Origin: an uncultured Acidobacteriota bacterium
GTDB lineage: Bacteria > Acidobacteriota > Thermoanaerobaculia > UBA5066
Length of the DNA stretch: 64,000 nt
Direction: 5' to 3'
Assembly: GCA_963779415.1 (NCBI GenBank)
Contig: CAVZYA010000001.1
Location: 1,088,001 to 1,152,000 of the forward strand
Shown in pieces: positions 20,533-31,068 of this stretch. The notes beneath the pieces are model-generated. The model was not told the origin of the DNA. It did no database searches and saw only the letters and a program-made list of their open reading frames with translations. Positions within the stretch are counted from its first letter, which is position 1. The number at the start of each line of letters is the position of its first letter. Both the position numbers and the translations under genes were made by a program.

Positions 20533-23403
20533 CTACTGCGGGAGGAGCGTCGCCGGGTCGTTCGTCCCGTTGTTGACGAGCGAGGCGAATCCCGTGAAGG
20601 TCGCTCCCGGAGTCGTCGTCCAGACGACGAGGGTCCCCGCCGATCCGTTCGGCGCCCCGACGCCCGTCGTGACGACCCGGTTGATCTGCGTCATCCCGAG
20701 CGGCGCGAGCGTCACGCTCTGCGTCGTTCCGAGCTGCGTCCCGTCGTCGGCGTACAGGGCGTAACCGACGTGTGATCGGGTAGGGCGGTGATCCCTCCGT
20801 CCGGCGGCCCGTTCACGAGGACGAGGTTGGTCCTCACCTTGTCATCCTCGCGGACTCCCACGATCGCCACATTCGTCCCGGGCCGGAACCACGACGCGCT
20901 CGGGATCCCCGGCACGCTCTGGCCGAAGCGCCCCGGCCCGGATGGCGCCGGGGTCGTCGTCACGCTGTCGATGGCGAGACCCGGCGAGCTGCTCGTGACG
21001 AGGATGGCGCCGAAGTCCCGGTTCGACGAAAGGCCGAAGACAGAGCCGAGGACGTCGCGGAACGTGTAAGCCGTCTGCGGGTTCAGGGAGTAGCTCTTCG
21101 TCGGTCCCGTGCTTCCGTCGGGCGTCCCGAACGCGAGATAGCGCAGCGTCACGTTCGCCGACGTGGAGCCGACGTTCGCGAGGAAGAAGTCGGTGGTGTA
21201 CATGGCCGGGGCTGCCACCGTGCCGCCGGCGGACCGGGCGACCGAGGGGACGATGAAGCTGGCGGCGCCGCTTCCGCCGAACCCGGTCGAGGCGAAGAGA
21301 GTCGCCGGGTCGTTCGTCCCGAGATTGTCGAGGAGGGAGGCGAAGGCCGTGAAGGCGCCCCCCGAGGTCGTCGTCGAGAGCGTGATCGTCGCGTTCGACG
21401 TGCTGCGGGTCCCCGTGATCGTCTGGATGACGCGGGGGAGCTGGGTCATCTCCAGCGGCTGCAGCGTCGGCGGCGTCAGCGTCCCGAGGTTCGCGCCGTT
21501 GTCGTCCCGGAGGCCGACCAGAACGTCGAGCGGCTGGTCCGTGGCGTTGACGAGGACGAGGTTCGTCCGGGCGGTGGCGTCCTCACGGACTCCGGCGATC
21601 GCTCCCGGGGAGCCGGGCGAGATGAGCTGGGACGCCATCACCGCCGGAACGCTCTGGCCGAAGGCTCCCGTGCCGTCGGGCGTCGGCGTCGTCGTGACGC
21701 TCGAGATCTTCAGCGACGCCGAATTCGCGCTGACCCGGATCGCGCCGTAGTTGTTCCCCGTGAGGCCGAAAAGAGACGAGAGGACGTCCGCGTAGGTGAG
21801 GGCGTCTCCCGGGGCCACCGTCGCCGTCTGCTCGGGGCCCGAGGTCCCGTCCCCGTCGTGGCCGAGAAACTTGAATATCATGGTCGCGTCCGAGGACCCT
21901 TCGTTCGCGACGAAGAGGTCCGTCGTGAAAAATGCCGGGGCGGCCTGGCGTGCCGCCGGCCGTATGGGCGACCGATGCGACGTAGTAGTACGTCGGACCG
22001 ATCGGCGACGAGCCCCACCAGCCGATGTCCCGGAGGGCGTTCGGCGTGATGTCGACCCCGATCGGGAGGTCGTTGTTGATGACCGGCTCCAACAGGATAT
22101 CCGGGACGCACGACGTGTCCCAGTGTGAGACGGACGAGCCCGGCTCTACCGGGTTCGGCGCGTAGAGGAGCATCTGCCCGGCCGTGTTCATCCCGGCGGG
22201 GTGGCTCGGATCGAGGCCGATCGTGGCCTGCGCGGGGAGGTTCGCCCGCAGCGTCACGCCGTCCGCCTGCGAGATGCCTACGACGGGAATGGTGACCGAG
22301 GGGGCCGTCCCGCTCATCCCCTGCGCTCCCCCCTCCACGTTGTTCGCGACGACCATCCCGATCGCCCCGGCCGCCTGGACGTTCAACGCCTTCTGCGTGA
22401 AGGCGCAGCTCCCGCGGTCCACGAGCGCGATCTTCCCGGCGACGGCGGAGGCGTTCGTCAGGGGCGAGCAGGCGTCCGTTGTCAGGGGTCCGGACGGATC
22501 GGCCGGGTCCAGTGCCGCGACCAGCGTCCCGGAGACGCCCGGGAGCGTGATCACCGCCCCGAAGTCCGCCGTCGCCACCGTATACGATCCCGCAGCCGCG
22601 GCCGGCGAGGAGACCATGAGGGCCGGACCCTTCGACAGGTATGCCGCCCCCGCCGCGTTCGCGGCCGGGCCGGACCAGACGAGGTTCCCCGTGTTGATCG
22701 CCGAAGCCTGCCGCTCGGCGTCCGTCGCCATGTCGTTCCAGCTCTTCTTCGCCGTCGTGTCGTAGGCGAAGGCGTCGAAGATGTCGGGCTGCGGCTGGCT
22801 CCCGCAGCAGAAGGTCCCCGTCGACTCGCTCGCGAGAGAGACGAAGCCGAGTCCGTGGGCGAACTCGTGGAGCGTGACCGTCAGCAGGTTGATGTCGCTG
22901 GAAGGCGTGTTCGTGTCGAAGCCGTAATAGAAGAATTCTCCACTAAGGCAGCCGGACTGCCCCAGCTTGCTGTTGAACTGTGTCGTCATGTGCGAGTTGC
23001 CCGGCTCGAGGTCGTAGCCCGCGAGCTGGCTCGCCTCGGCCACGACGTACCAGACGCCCGGGAGGACTCCGCCGGCGAAATCGGACTCGACCCAGTCCGG
23101 CGACGTCCCCCCGAGGACGGCCGTCGTCGACGAACACGAGAGCGGCTCAAAAGAGGCGTAGACGGTGATGTTGACGCTCCCGGGGAGGATGCCGCCCCAG
23201 ATATCGGCGGCCTTCTGCAGGACGTTCAGGCGCTGCTGGCCGATCGTCGTCCCGGGGTTTCCGCCGACGGGCGTGACCGAGGTCGGGTCGTTCAGCCCCT
23301 GCCCGGCGGCGTCCTTGTTGACGATCGTGATCGTCACCGCGTGGGCGGGGAGGGCGACGAGGAAGACGAGAAGGCCCGCGAGAAGAAGCGTCGCTCGGCG
23401 CAT
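20533..23403 (-). CDS. Secreted zinc metalloprotease with PA domain and two C-terminal repeats of about 240 aa; frameshifts near 21946 and 20775
   Basis: Signal peptide, HEFAHGLGF, PA domain (KIALVDRGSCAFTQKALNVQAAGA). ORFs 21583..23403, 20712..21881 and 20533..20715 read as one continuous protein. Confidence 0.8.
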
Positions 23404-23407
23404 CGCG

Positions 23408-23863
23408 TCACTTCTCCTCGGCGGCGGGCTTGGCCGCGGGGGCGGGAGCTTTCAAGGCCTCGTCCACCTTCGAGGCCGGCACGCACTCCTCGGAGAGCGT
23501 TCCGTCCGCGTTCTTCCGGACGACGGAATAGCGGAAGTACTCGGGGCCGAGCTGCGCCCTCTTCCGTCCCGACGGGAGGGTCTCGACGGTCGTCGTCCGG
23601 GCCCCCGTCGCGAAGACCGGCTTGAGGCCCGCGCCCGCCGCGCGAAGAGCCTCGATCTCCTTCGCCGTCGCCGGGCGAAGCTTCCCTGTTTCGGGGTCCC
23701 TCGCGACGATCAGCCGCGGGGCGGTCTTCCCCGCGCTCTCGGCCGCGGGTGCCGCCGGCTTTGAATCCTTCAGCTCGTCCGCAACGACGGCAGACGAGAA
23801 GAACAGAAATCCCGAAACCACGACGACTCCGACGACTGTTCTCATTCTCGAGACTCTCCCCAT
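23408..23863 (-). CDS. Small secreted protein co-transcribed with the PA protease (resembles post-PEP-CTERM-1-type domains)
   Basis: Signal peptide; ARDPETGKLRPATAKEIEAL and YSVVRKNADGTLSEEC; ends 4 nt before the protease start. Confidence 0.65.
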   Translation of the reverse strand: MGRVSRMRTVVGVVVVSGFLFFSSAVVADELKDSKPAAPAAESAGKTAPRLIVARDPETGKLRPATAKEIEALRAAGAGLKPVFATGARTTTVETLPSGRKRAQLGPEYFRYSVVRKNADGTLSEECVPASKVDEALKAPAPAAKPAAEEK

Positions 23864-23954
23864 TCCTCATTAGAGGTCACTTCTGACCGGCAGGAGAAGG
23901 TAGAGCAAGGCGCATACCTCTCCCAACCTGACCTGAAGTGACTCATTCTTCGTT

Positions 23955-24995
23955 TTACTTTCGCCCGGACGCCCGGAACGCGTCCAGAGCCCGGGTCATC
24001 TCTTCCACTCCCACGTCCGCGTGGGTGACGAGGCGGATGGTGTCGGCGCTGGAGGCGCCGGCGAGGACCCCCTTTTCGCGGAGAGCCGCGAGGAGGGTCG
24101 AGGCGTCGCCGAAGACGGCCGGGTCGAGCGTCACGAAGAGGATGTTCGTCTCGACGGAGCCGGGATCGACGCCGAGGCCGGGGATGCCGGCCAGCTCCTC
24201 GGCGAAGCGGCGGGCGAGGCGGTGGTCCTCGGAAAGCCGGTCCCTCTCGTTCTCGAGGGCCACGAGGGCGGCGGCGGCGATGACGCCCACCTGCCTCATC
24301 CCTCCCCCGAAGAGCTTCCGGACGCGGCGCGCCTCGGCGACGAACGCCTCGGAGCCGGCCACGGCACTTCCGACCGGGGCGCGGAGCCCCTTCGAGAAGC
24401 AGACCATCACGGAGTCGAACCCGGCGGCGAGCGTCGCCACCGGCACGCCCCGCGCGGCCGCCGCGTTCCAGAGCCGCGCCCCGTCGAGGTGGGCGGCGAT
24501 CCGCTTCTCCTTCGCGAGGGCGAGGATCGCGGCGACGTTCTCGTCCCTGAGGATCGCCCCTCCGGCGAAGTTGTGCGTGTTCTCGAGCGCCACGACGGAC
24601 GTGCGAGGCAGGTAGTAGACCGTCTCCGGCCGGACCCACGGCTCGACGAGCGCGCGGGTCAGGTGCCCCCCGTCGCCGGCGACCGGCCGCGGGAGGAGGC
24701 CGGAGAGCGCCGCCATCGCCCCCATCTCGTAATGGAAGATGTGGCATTTCGACTCGAGGATCACCTCGGTCCCCGACCGCCCGTGGACCCGGAGCGAGAT
24801 CTGGTTTCCCATCGAGCCGGACGGGACGAAGAGGGCGGCTTGCTTCCCGAGTATCTCCGCCGTCCGCTCCTCGAGGCGGCGGACGGTCGGGTCCTCGCCG
24901 TAGACGTCGTCGCCCACCTCGGCTTCGGCCATCGCCCGGCGCATGCCGGCCGTCGGCCTCGTCACCGTGTCCGAACGGAAATCCGAGATCCTCAC
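23955..24995 (-). CDS. ltaE: Low-specificity L-threonine aldolase
   Basis: DFRSDTVT, GDDVYGEDPT, LENTHN, HLDGAR and FSKGL (PLP lysine). Confidence 0.93.
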   Translation of the reverse strand: MRISDFRSDTVTRPTAGMRRAMAEAEVGDDVYGEDPTVRRLEERTAEILGKQAALFVPSGSMGNQISLRVHGRSGTEVILESKCHIFHYEMGAMAALSGLLPRPVAGDGGHLTRALVEPWVRPETVYYLPRTSVVALENTHNFAGGAILRDENVAAILALAKEKRIAAHLDGARLWNAAAARGVPVATLAAGFDSVMVCFSKGLRAPVGSAVAGSEAFVAEARRVRKLFGGGMRQVGVIAAAALVALENERDRLSEDHRLARRFAEELAGIPGLGVDPGSVETNILFVTLDPAVFGDASTLLAALREKGVLAGASSADTIRLVTHADVGVEEMTRALDAFRASGRK

Positions 24996-25033
24996 GGGCG
25001 CGGAGTTTAGCCGGATGGCAGAATCGGTGCCCG

Positions 25034-25693
25034 ATGTCCCTCGTCCTCGTCGAGACTTTTCCCGTCGGCCCCCTCGGATGCAACTGCGCGGTCGTTGCCG
25101 ACCCGGAGACGAAGGAGGCGATCGTCCTCGACCCGGGCGACGAGCCGGAGAGGATTCTGGACGTTCTGAGACGGAACGAGCTGAAGGCCGTCGCCCTCGT
25201 CCATACGCATGCGCATTTCGACCACGTCGGCGTCACGGCCCGCATCAAGAAGGAGACGGGCGCGCCGATCTTTCTCCACGAGAGTGACCTGCCTCTCTAC
25301 GAGCGGCTCCGGGAACAGGGACGGATCTTCGGCTTCGACTTCGAGGCGCCGGAGGGGGTCGACCGCTTCCTCGCCGAAGGAGATCGCGTCCCCTGCGGCG
25401 GCGGGTTCCTCGAAGTCCTCCACACGCCCGGCCACACGCAGGGGAGCGTCTGCCTCCGCCTCCCCGGCGACCGCCCGCTCCTCTTCTCGGGCGACACTCT
25501 CTTCCGGCGCTCGATCGGGCGGACCGACCTCCCGGGGGGCTCGACGCCGCAGATCCTCTCCTCGATCGAGACGAAGCTCCTCACCCTCCCCGGCGATCTC
25601 GAGGTCCTCCCCGGCCACGGCGAGCCGACGACGATCGCCGAAGAGTCGCGGCTCAATCCGTTCGTCGGGTCGCGCAGCAGGAGACTCTTCTAG
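25034..25693 (+). CDS. MBL-fold metallo-hydrolase (glyoxalase II-like)
   Basis: THAHFDH, HTPGHT, SGDTLF, PGHG. Confidence 0.92.
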   Translation: MSLVLVETFPVGPLGCNCAVVADPETKEAIVLDPGDEPERILDVLRRNELKAVALVHTHAHFDHVGVTARIKKETGAPIFLHESDLPLYERLREQGRIFGFDFEAPEGVDRFLAEGDRVPCGGGFLEVLHTPGHTQGSVCLRLPGDRPLLFSGDTLFRRSIGRTDLPGGSTPQILSSIETKLLTLPGDLEVLPGHGEPTTIAEESRLNPFVGSRSRRLF

Positions 25694-28287
25694 CCCCCGG
25701 TCGCACCGGCGGCGGGATCTTCGGGATGTGGACGCGGAAAGTGGTGCCGCGCCCCGGCTGGCTCTCGGCCGTCACGGTCCCGCCGTGCAGATCGACGAAC
25801 GCCTTGACGAGCGAGAGGCCGATCCCCATGCCGCGGGAGATCCGCTCGCTCCGGTCGTCCGACTGCCGGTAGCGCTCGAAGATGTGAGGCAGGTCGTTCG
25901 GGTCGATGCCGGCCCCCGTGTCCTTCACGACGAAGTCGACGCCGTTCTCCCCCGCCCGTGCCGCAAGGTCGATGCGCCCCCCGCGCGGCGGTGAACTTCA
26001 CCGCGTTGTGGAGAAGGTTCCAGAGCACCTGCCGCATCCGGACGGGATCGACGCGGACGATCGAGGCGCCCGGCGCCGGAGCGTCGACGGCGAGGAGGAT
26101 TCCCTTGCCTTCGGCCATGACCGAGACCGGCTCCACCGCCTCGGCGACGATGGAGGCGAGGTCCGTCTCTACGGCCTCCAGCTTCGCCTTCCCCTCCTCG
26201 TACCGCGACAGGTCGAGGAGGTCGGAGATGAGGACGAGGAGGAACTGCGCGGAACGGCGGATCTGCGCCATCGCCGTCAACGAGGTTTCGGAGTCGGGGC
26301 GGTCCTCGGCGAGGATCTCGCTCCAGCCGAGGATCGCCGTGAGCGGCGTCCGGAGCTCGTGGTTGACGTTCTGCAGGAAGTGGTCGCGCTTCCGCTGCGC
26401 GTCGCGAAGCCGCTCGTAGCTGCGCTGCAGCTCCTCGTAGAGGCGGGCGTTCCGGAGGAGGAGCGCGGCCTGGTCCGCCAGATTCTCGAGGGCGGCCCGG
26501 TCGTCCGCGTCGAAGCCGTCGGGCTTGTCCGCGACGGCCAGGACGCCGAGAGTCCCCGCCTCGGTGCGAAGGGCCGCGAAGGCGACGTTCGCCGTCACGC
26601 CCAGCTCGTCGAGGAAGCCGGGCGAGAGCCGTGGATCCCCGAGGAGATCGTTCAGGATGTACGTCTCGCCGCTCTGATAGCTCGCGACCGCGAAAGACCG
26701 GTCGGAGAGCCCGAGGCGCCGGCCGCGGAGCGCGGCCTCCGGGACGCCGAAGCCGGGGGGGGTCAGCGCGAGCGAGCGCGTCTCGGGCTCCCAGAGCGCG
26801 AGCCAGCTCTTCGACGCGCCGACGCCGTCCGCGACGAGCCGGGTGAGGCGGGCGTAAGTCTCCTCGGGGCTCGTCATCACGGAAGCCGTTCCCGAAAGCT
26901 GGTGGGCCCTCTCCATCGTGGAGATCCGGCGTCGGACGCGACGCTCGAGGGCGCGGAGCGCCGAGACGAGGCGCCCGACCTCGTCCGGATGGCTGAGCGC
27001 CCCCAGCTCGGGCGCCTCCTGCCCGCCCGCGATGGCGTCGGCGAAGCGGGCCGCGCGGCGGACGGGCGCCATCGCCCGCGCCACCACGGCGACGACGAGC
27101 CCGGCGAAGAGCGTCGCGAGGCCGAGGTAGAGAAGGCGGAGGCGATTGCGCGTCCGGTGGTCGGTGGCGAAGACGGCGCGCGCCTGCGCGTCGGCCTCCG
27201 CCCGGACCGACGTCATCGCGATCTGCCGGGCGTACGTCCACGGCAGACCCTCCAGACGGCGCAGGTCGACGAGATGAGTCTCGCCGCCGGCGGAGAGCTC
27301 GAACTCCCCGAAGTTGCCCCGCGCCGCGAGCCCCCGGAGCGAAACGATCTCGTCGTCAGCCAGCGCCCCGGGCGGATGGACGATCGGTGCCTCGTCGCGC
27401 GGGATCAGGGCCTCCACCTGCTCCGCGACCTCCCGGTGCTCGTCGGTCTCGAGGAGCCGTTCGAGGGCCCAGTCGGCGCCGACCTCGCCGAGAAGTCGGC
27501 CGCCGTTCCCCTGGATCAGACGTATGCCGGTCGCGATGCGCCCCATTCCACGGTAAAGATCGCCATAGATGTGCGTCCAGACGACGGCGTCCGGCCGGGC
27601 GTCGGGCGCGAACAGAGGGGCCGCCTGGCGTGTCGGCGACCGAAAGTCGGCCGGAAGGCCCGCTTCCCGGACGAAGCGAGAGACGTCTCCGCCCGGGACC
27701 GCCCGGATGACACCGGACGCCGTCGTGACGGAGAGCGAAACGACGCCGGACTCTCCGGCCATGAGCGAGAGGAACGGGCTCTCCAGGGCACGGGACGCCG
27801 CGACGGAGCGAAGCGCCTCGGCCGATCGGGCGAAGGCGGGCATCACGATGGCCACGCTCGGCCGCCCCGGACGAGTCGCGAGGAATCCTCCGGGAAGGGA
27901 GTCGAGCGGCTCGCCGGGGAGATCTCCTGCCGGCGCGGACGAAAGAGCGGCGGCAGATGCTGCCGCCGCCTCACCGAGAATCTGCCGGATCCGTTCGGCC
28001 TGGCCTTCGATCTCGTGGACGCGAAGATCCGCGACCGAGCGGAGGAGCATCTTCTCGCGCTGCGTCGCTTGCTCAAGGAGGATGGCCATGACCTCCTTCT
28101 CGGAGTGGGTGCTCTCCCGGTCGGCGAGGAACCAGTAGACGGAGACCGGAACGAGGGCCAGCGGCAGAAGAAGCCAGACGAGCCGAGCCGTGAGGGATCG
28201 GCCGGGTCGCCACCATCCGCCGCTGGACGGAGTCGGGCTCTCCGCGGTGATGCGGGCCGCTCGCGGGCGGGGCGCCTCGGCGCTCAC
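25653..28287 (-). CDS. Sensor histidine kinase (TM, Cache-like, TM, HAMP, GAF, HisKA, HATPase), frameshifted near 25990
   Basis: NHELRTPL H-box and NLLHNAVKF N-box. The DTGAGI and GMGIGL G-boxes lie in the next frame (ORF 25653..25928). Confidence 0.88.
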
Positions 28288-28376
28288 GGGAATACGAGCT
28301 TAGCCCGAAGCGGACCTCGCGGGGCGACGCTCGAAGATCGCGCCTCCGCGAATTCACTTCCGGCACAAAGACTCTG

Positions 28377-28979
28377 TCATCTGTCCCCGTCGCGACTCGC
28401 CGAAAGGCCCGAGGTCGACCAGTCGAATCGCGTCGCCTCGGAGTTGTCGAACATGTGTTTCATGCTGTTTTCGGCAGCGACGACGGCGAGGGCGATACCG
28501 AGGACGCCGAGGCCGACCCCGACGACAGCCGCCGTCGGGAACTTGCTGAGGACGATCCGGGCCTGTGCCTGTTCGCCCGGGCCGAGTTTGAGCGTGTCGT
28601 TGTCCGAGCCGGCGGAATTTCCTGACGCATCGCCCGGCTTCGGGCCCCACTCGACCTGCAGCCGGTAACGGCCGGGCGCGAGCTTGTCCGCCGACCAGGC
28701 GTTGCCACTTCCTTCGCGGACGGGGATCGTCGTGGACTGCCTGTCGTCGAAGAGCTTCCACGCGAGCGTCCGTTGAGAGAGGACGTCCTTGTGGGAGTCC
28801 GAGACCGATTCGAAGACTTTGGCCTCGAGCGTGGCCGTTTCGGTCGTCGTCGAAGTGATCCGGACGACCTCGGTCGAGACGCAGCCGTCGAACGCGAGCG
28901 GAGCAAGCGCGACGAGCAGCAGACGGGCGGTCGCCCGAATCAGTACGGAAGGCGGAAGCGGTTTCGTTCGTCTATTCAT
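28377..28979 (-). CDS. Putative lipoprotein of unknown function
   Basis: Lipobox-like LAFDG-C after a hydrophobic stretch; second hydrophobic Gly-rich segment near the C-terminus. Confidence 0.6.
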   Translation of the reverse strand: MNRRTKPLPPSVLIRATARLLLVALAPLAFDGCVSTEVVRITSTTTETATLEAKVFESVSDSHKDVLSQRTLAWKLFDDRQSTTIPVREGSGNAWSADKLAPGRYRLQVEWGPKPGDASGNSAGSDNDTLKLGPGEQAQARIVLSKFPTAAVVGVGLGVLGIALAVVAAENSMKHMFDNSEATRFDWSTSGLSASRDGDR

Positions 28980-29046
28980 GGGCCTGCTCCGTTCCATCCC
29001 TTTGATGGACACATCGAAGCTGGGCCCTTCAACCGGGCAAGTCTTC

Positions 29047-29079
29047 GGGAATTTTCAGGGAATTTTCAGAAACCCTGAA
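29047..29079. promoter_or_regulatory. Tandem 11-bp direct repeat, candidate regulator binding site
   Basis: GGGAATTTTCA twice (29047-29068), overlapped by the inverted repeat TTCAGGG/CCCTGAA (29054-29079), upstream of the lipoprotein gene. Confidence 0.5.
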
Positions 29080-29087
29080 GAACAGCT

Positions 29088-30314
29088 CTACTCGTAGCGC
29101 AGCGCTTCTATCGGGTCCAGCCTGGAAGCTTTCAGCGCCGGGTAGAAGCCGAAGGTGATGCCGACGAGGGCCGAAAAGACGAACGCGAGGTAGATGGCGT
29201 TCGCCTCCACCGAGACGGGCCACCCCGCGAAGCGGGCGACGAGCTTCTGGATCCCGATCCCGACGCCGATCCCGAGCGCGCCTCCGGTGATCGCGAGGAC
29301 GACCGCCTCGACGAGAAACTGCGCCCGGATGTCGCCCCCCTTCGCTCCGATCGCCATCCTCACGCCGATCTCGCGCGTCCTCTCGGTCACCGAGACGAGC
29401 ATGATGTTCATGATCCCGATCCCGCCGACGAGGAGAGACACGCCGGCGATCGACCAGAGGAGCGCGCTCATCGTGCGGCTCTGCTCCTCGGCCTGCTGGA
29501 GCATCTCGGTCTGGGACCGGATCATGAAGTCGTCGTCCTGTCCGGCCGCCTTGTTGATCTTGTGGCGCTGGCGGAGGAGCGCCGTGATCTCCTCCTGCGC
29601 TCGAGGCACCAGCTCGTTCGAGCTCGCCGAAGCGAGGACCGCGCCGACGGCCGTCGTCCCCATGATCTTCTTCTTGACCGTCTGATAGGGGGCGACGACG
29701 ACGTCGTCCTGGTCCTGCCCCATCGTCGAGCCCCCCTTCGCCTCGAGGACGCCGAGGACCTTGAAGGGAATGTTCTTGATCCGGATCGTCTTTCCGACGG
29801 GGTCCTCGTCGCCGAAGAGCGTCGTCGCGACGGTCTGGCCGAGGACGCAGACCTTGGCTGCGGCGCGGTTGTCCGCGTCGGTGAAGAACTGGCCGGAAGC
29901 GACGTTCCAGGACCGGATCAGCGGCCAGTCGACCTCGCCCCCCTGGATGGATGTGGACCAGTTCTGGTTCCCGTAGATCACCTGAGCCACGGTCCGGATC
30001 GTGGCCGAGACGTATGCCACGGTGCCGATTTCCTTCCGGATCGCCTCGACGTCTTCCCCGGAGAGCTTCGAGTTGGACCCCCAGCCGGCCCGCGCCCCCG
30101 AGGAGGTCGTCGTGCCGGGGAAGATCATCAGGAAATTCGTCCCGAGAGACCGGAGCTGGTTCTCGGCCTGGAGGCGCGCCCCCTCGCCGATGCCGATCGT
30201 GGCCACGACGCAGGCGACGCCGATGATGATGCCGAGGGCGGTCAGGAGCGAGCGGAGCTTGTTCCGTCCGAGGGCACGGAAAGCCACCTTCAGAATGTTC
30301 GTCGTCTTGGTCAT
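29088..30314 (-). CDS. MacB/FtsX-family ABC permease
   Basis: True start MTKTTNILKVAFRAL; RSLLTALGIIIG, GIGIMNIMLVSVTERTREIG, LDPIEALRYE. Confidence 0.93.
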   Translation of the reverse strand: MTKTTNILKVAFRALGRNKLRSLLTALGIIIGVACVVATIGIGEGARLQAENQLRSLGTNFLMIFPGTTTSSGARAGWGSNSKLSGEDVEAIRKEIGTVAYVSATIRTVAQVIYGNQNWSTSIQGGEVDWPLIRSWNVASGQFFTDADNRAAAKVCVLGQTVATTLFGDEDPVGKTIRIKNIPFKVLGVLEAKGGSTMGQDQDDVVVAPYQTVKKKIMGTTAVGAVLASASSNELVPRAQEEITALLRQRHKINKAAGQDDDFMIRSQTEMLQQAEEQSRTMSALLWSIAGVSLLVGGIGIMNIMLVSVTERTREIGVRMAIGAKGGDIRAQFLVEAVVLAITGGALGIGVGIGIQKLVARFAGWPVSVEANAIYLAFVFSALVGITFGFYPALKASRLDPIEALRYE

Positions 30315-31054
30315 TGGGCCCCTCCCGCGGCGAGGTGGAGGGAGGCCTGCCGCCGTGCCGTCACCGGTACGTCGCTCAGGATCTTCCCGTCCCGGAACAT
30401 GACGATCCGCCTGGCGTACTCCGAAATGTCCTGCTCGTGCGTGATGAGGACGATCGTCTTCCCCTCCTCGTTCAGGCCCTGGAAGATCGCCATGACCTCC
30501 ACGGACGTTCTCGAATCGAGGTTTCCCGTCGGCTCGTCGGCGAGGAGAATGGCCGGATCGTTCACGAGGCTCCGCGCGATGGCGACACGCTGCTGCTGCC
30601 CTCCCGAGAGCTGCGCCGAGGTGTGGTCCCACCGGTCCTCGAGACCGCAACGCTTCAGGGAGGCCCGGGCGCGGGCTTCGGCCTCGGCGTCGGTCATCTT
30701 CGACTTCCTCGAGTAGAGGAGCGGAAGCTCCACGTTCTCGAGGGCGTTCGTCCGCGAAAGGAGGTTGAAGTTCTGGAAGACGAACCCGATCTTGTCGTTC
30801 CGGATCTCGGCGCGCGCGTCGCGGTCGAGGCTCGAGACGTCGACCCCGTCGAGAGAGTAGCGGCCGGCTGTCGGCCGGTCGAGGCAGCCGACGATGTTCA
30901 TGAAGGTCGACTTGCCCGAACCGGACGGGCCCATGATCGCCACGAACTCTCCGGTTTCGACCGAGATGCTGATGCCGTCGAGAGCACGCACCTCGGACTC
31001 GCCCATCCTGTAGATCCGGGTCAGGTCCTCGATCTTGATGACGGGGTGGCTCAC
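30311..31054 (-). CDS. MacB-type ABC ATP-binding protein
   Basis: GPSGSGKS, LSGGQQQRVAIAR, ADEPTGNLD. Confidence 0.93.
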   Translation of the reverse strand: MSHPVIKIEDLTRIYRMGESEVRALDGISISVETGEFVAIMGPSGSGKSTFMNIVGCLDRPTAGRYSLDGVDVSSLDRDARAEIRNDKIGFVFQNFNLLSRTNALENVELPLLYSRKSKMTDAEAEARARASLKRCGLEDRWDHTSAQLSGGQQQRVAIARSLVNDPAILLADEPTGNLDSRTSVEVMAIFQGLNEEGKTIVLITHEQDISEYARRIVMFRDGKILSDVPVTARRQASLHLAAGGAQ

Positions 31055-31068
31055 GCGCGCTCCATGGG

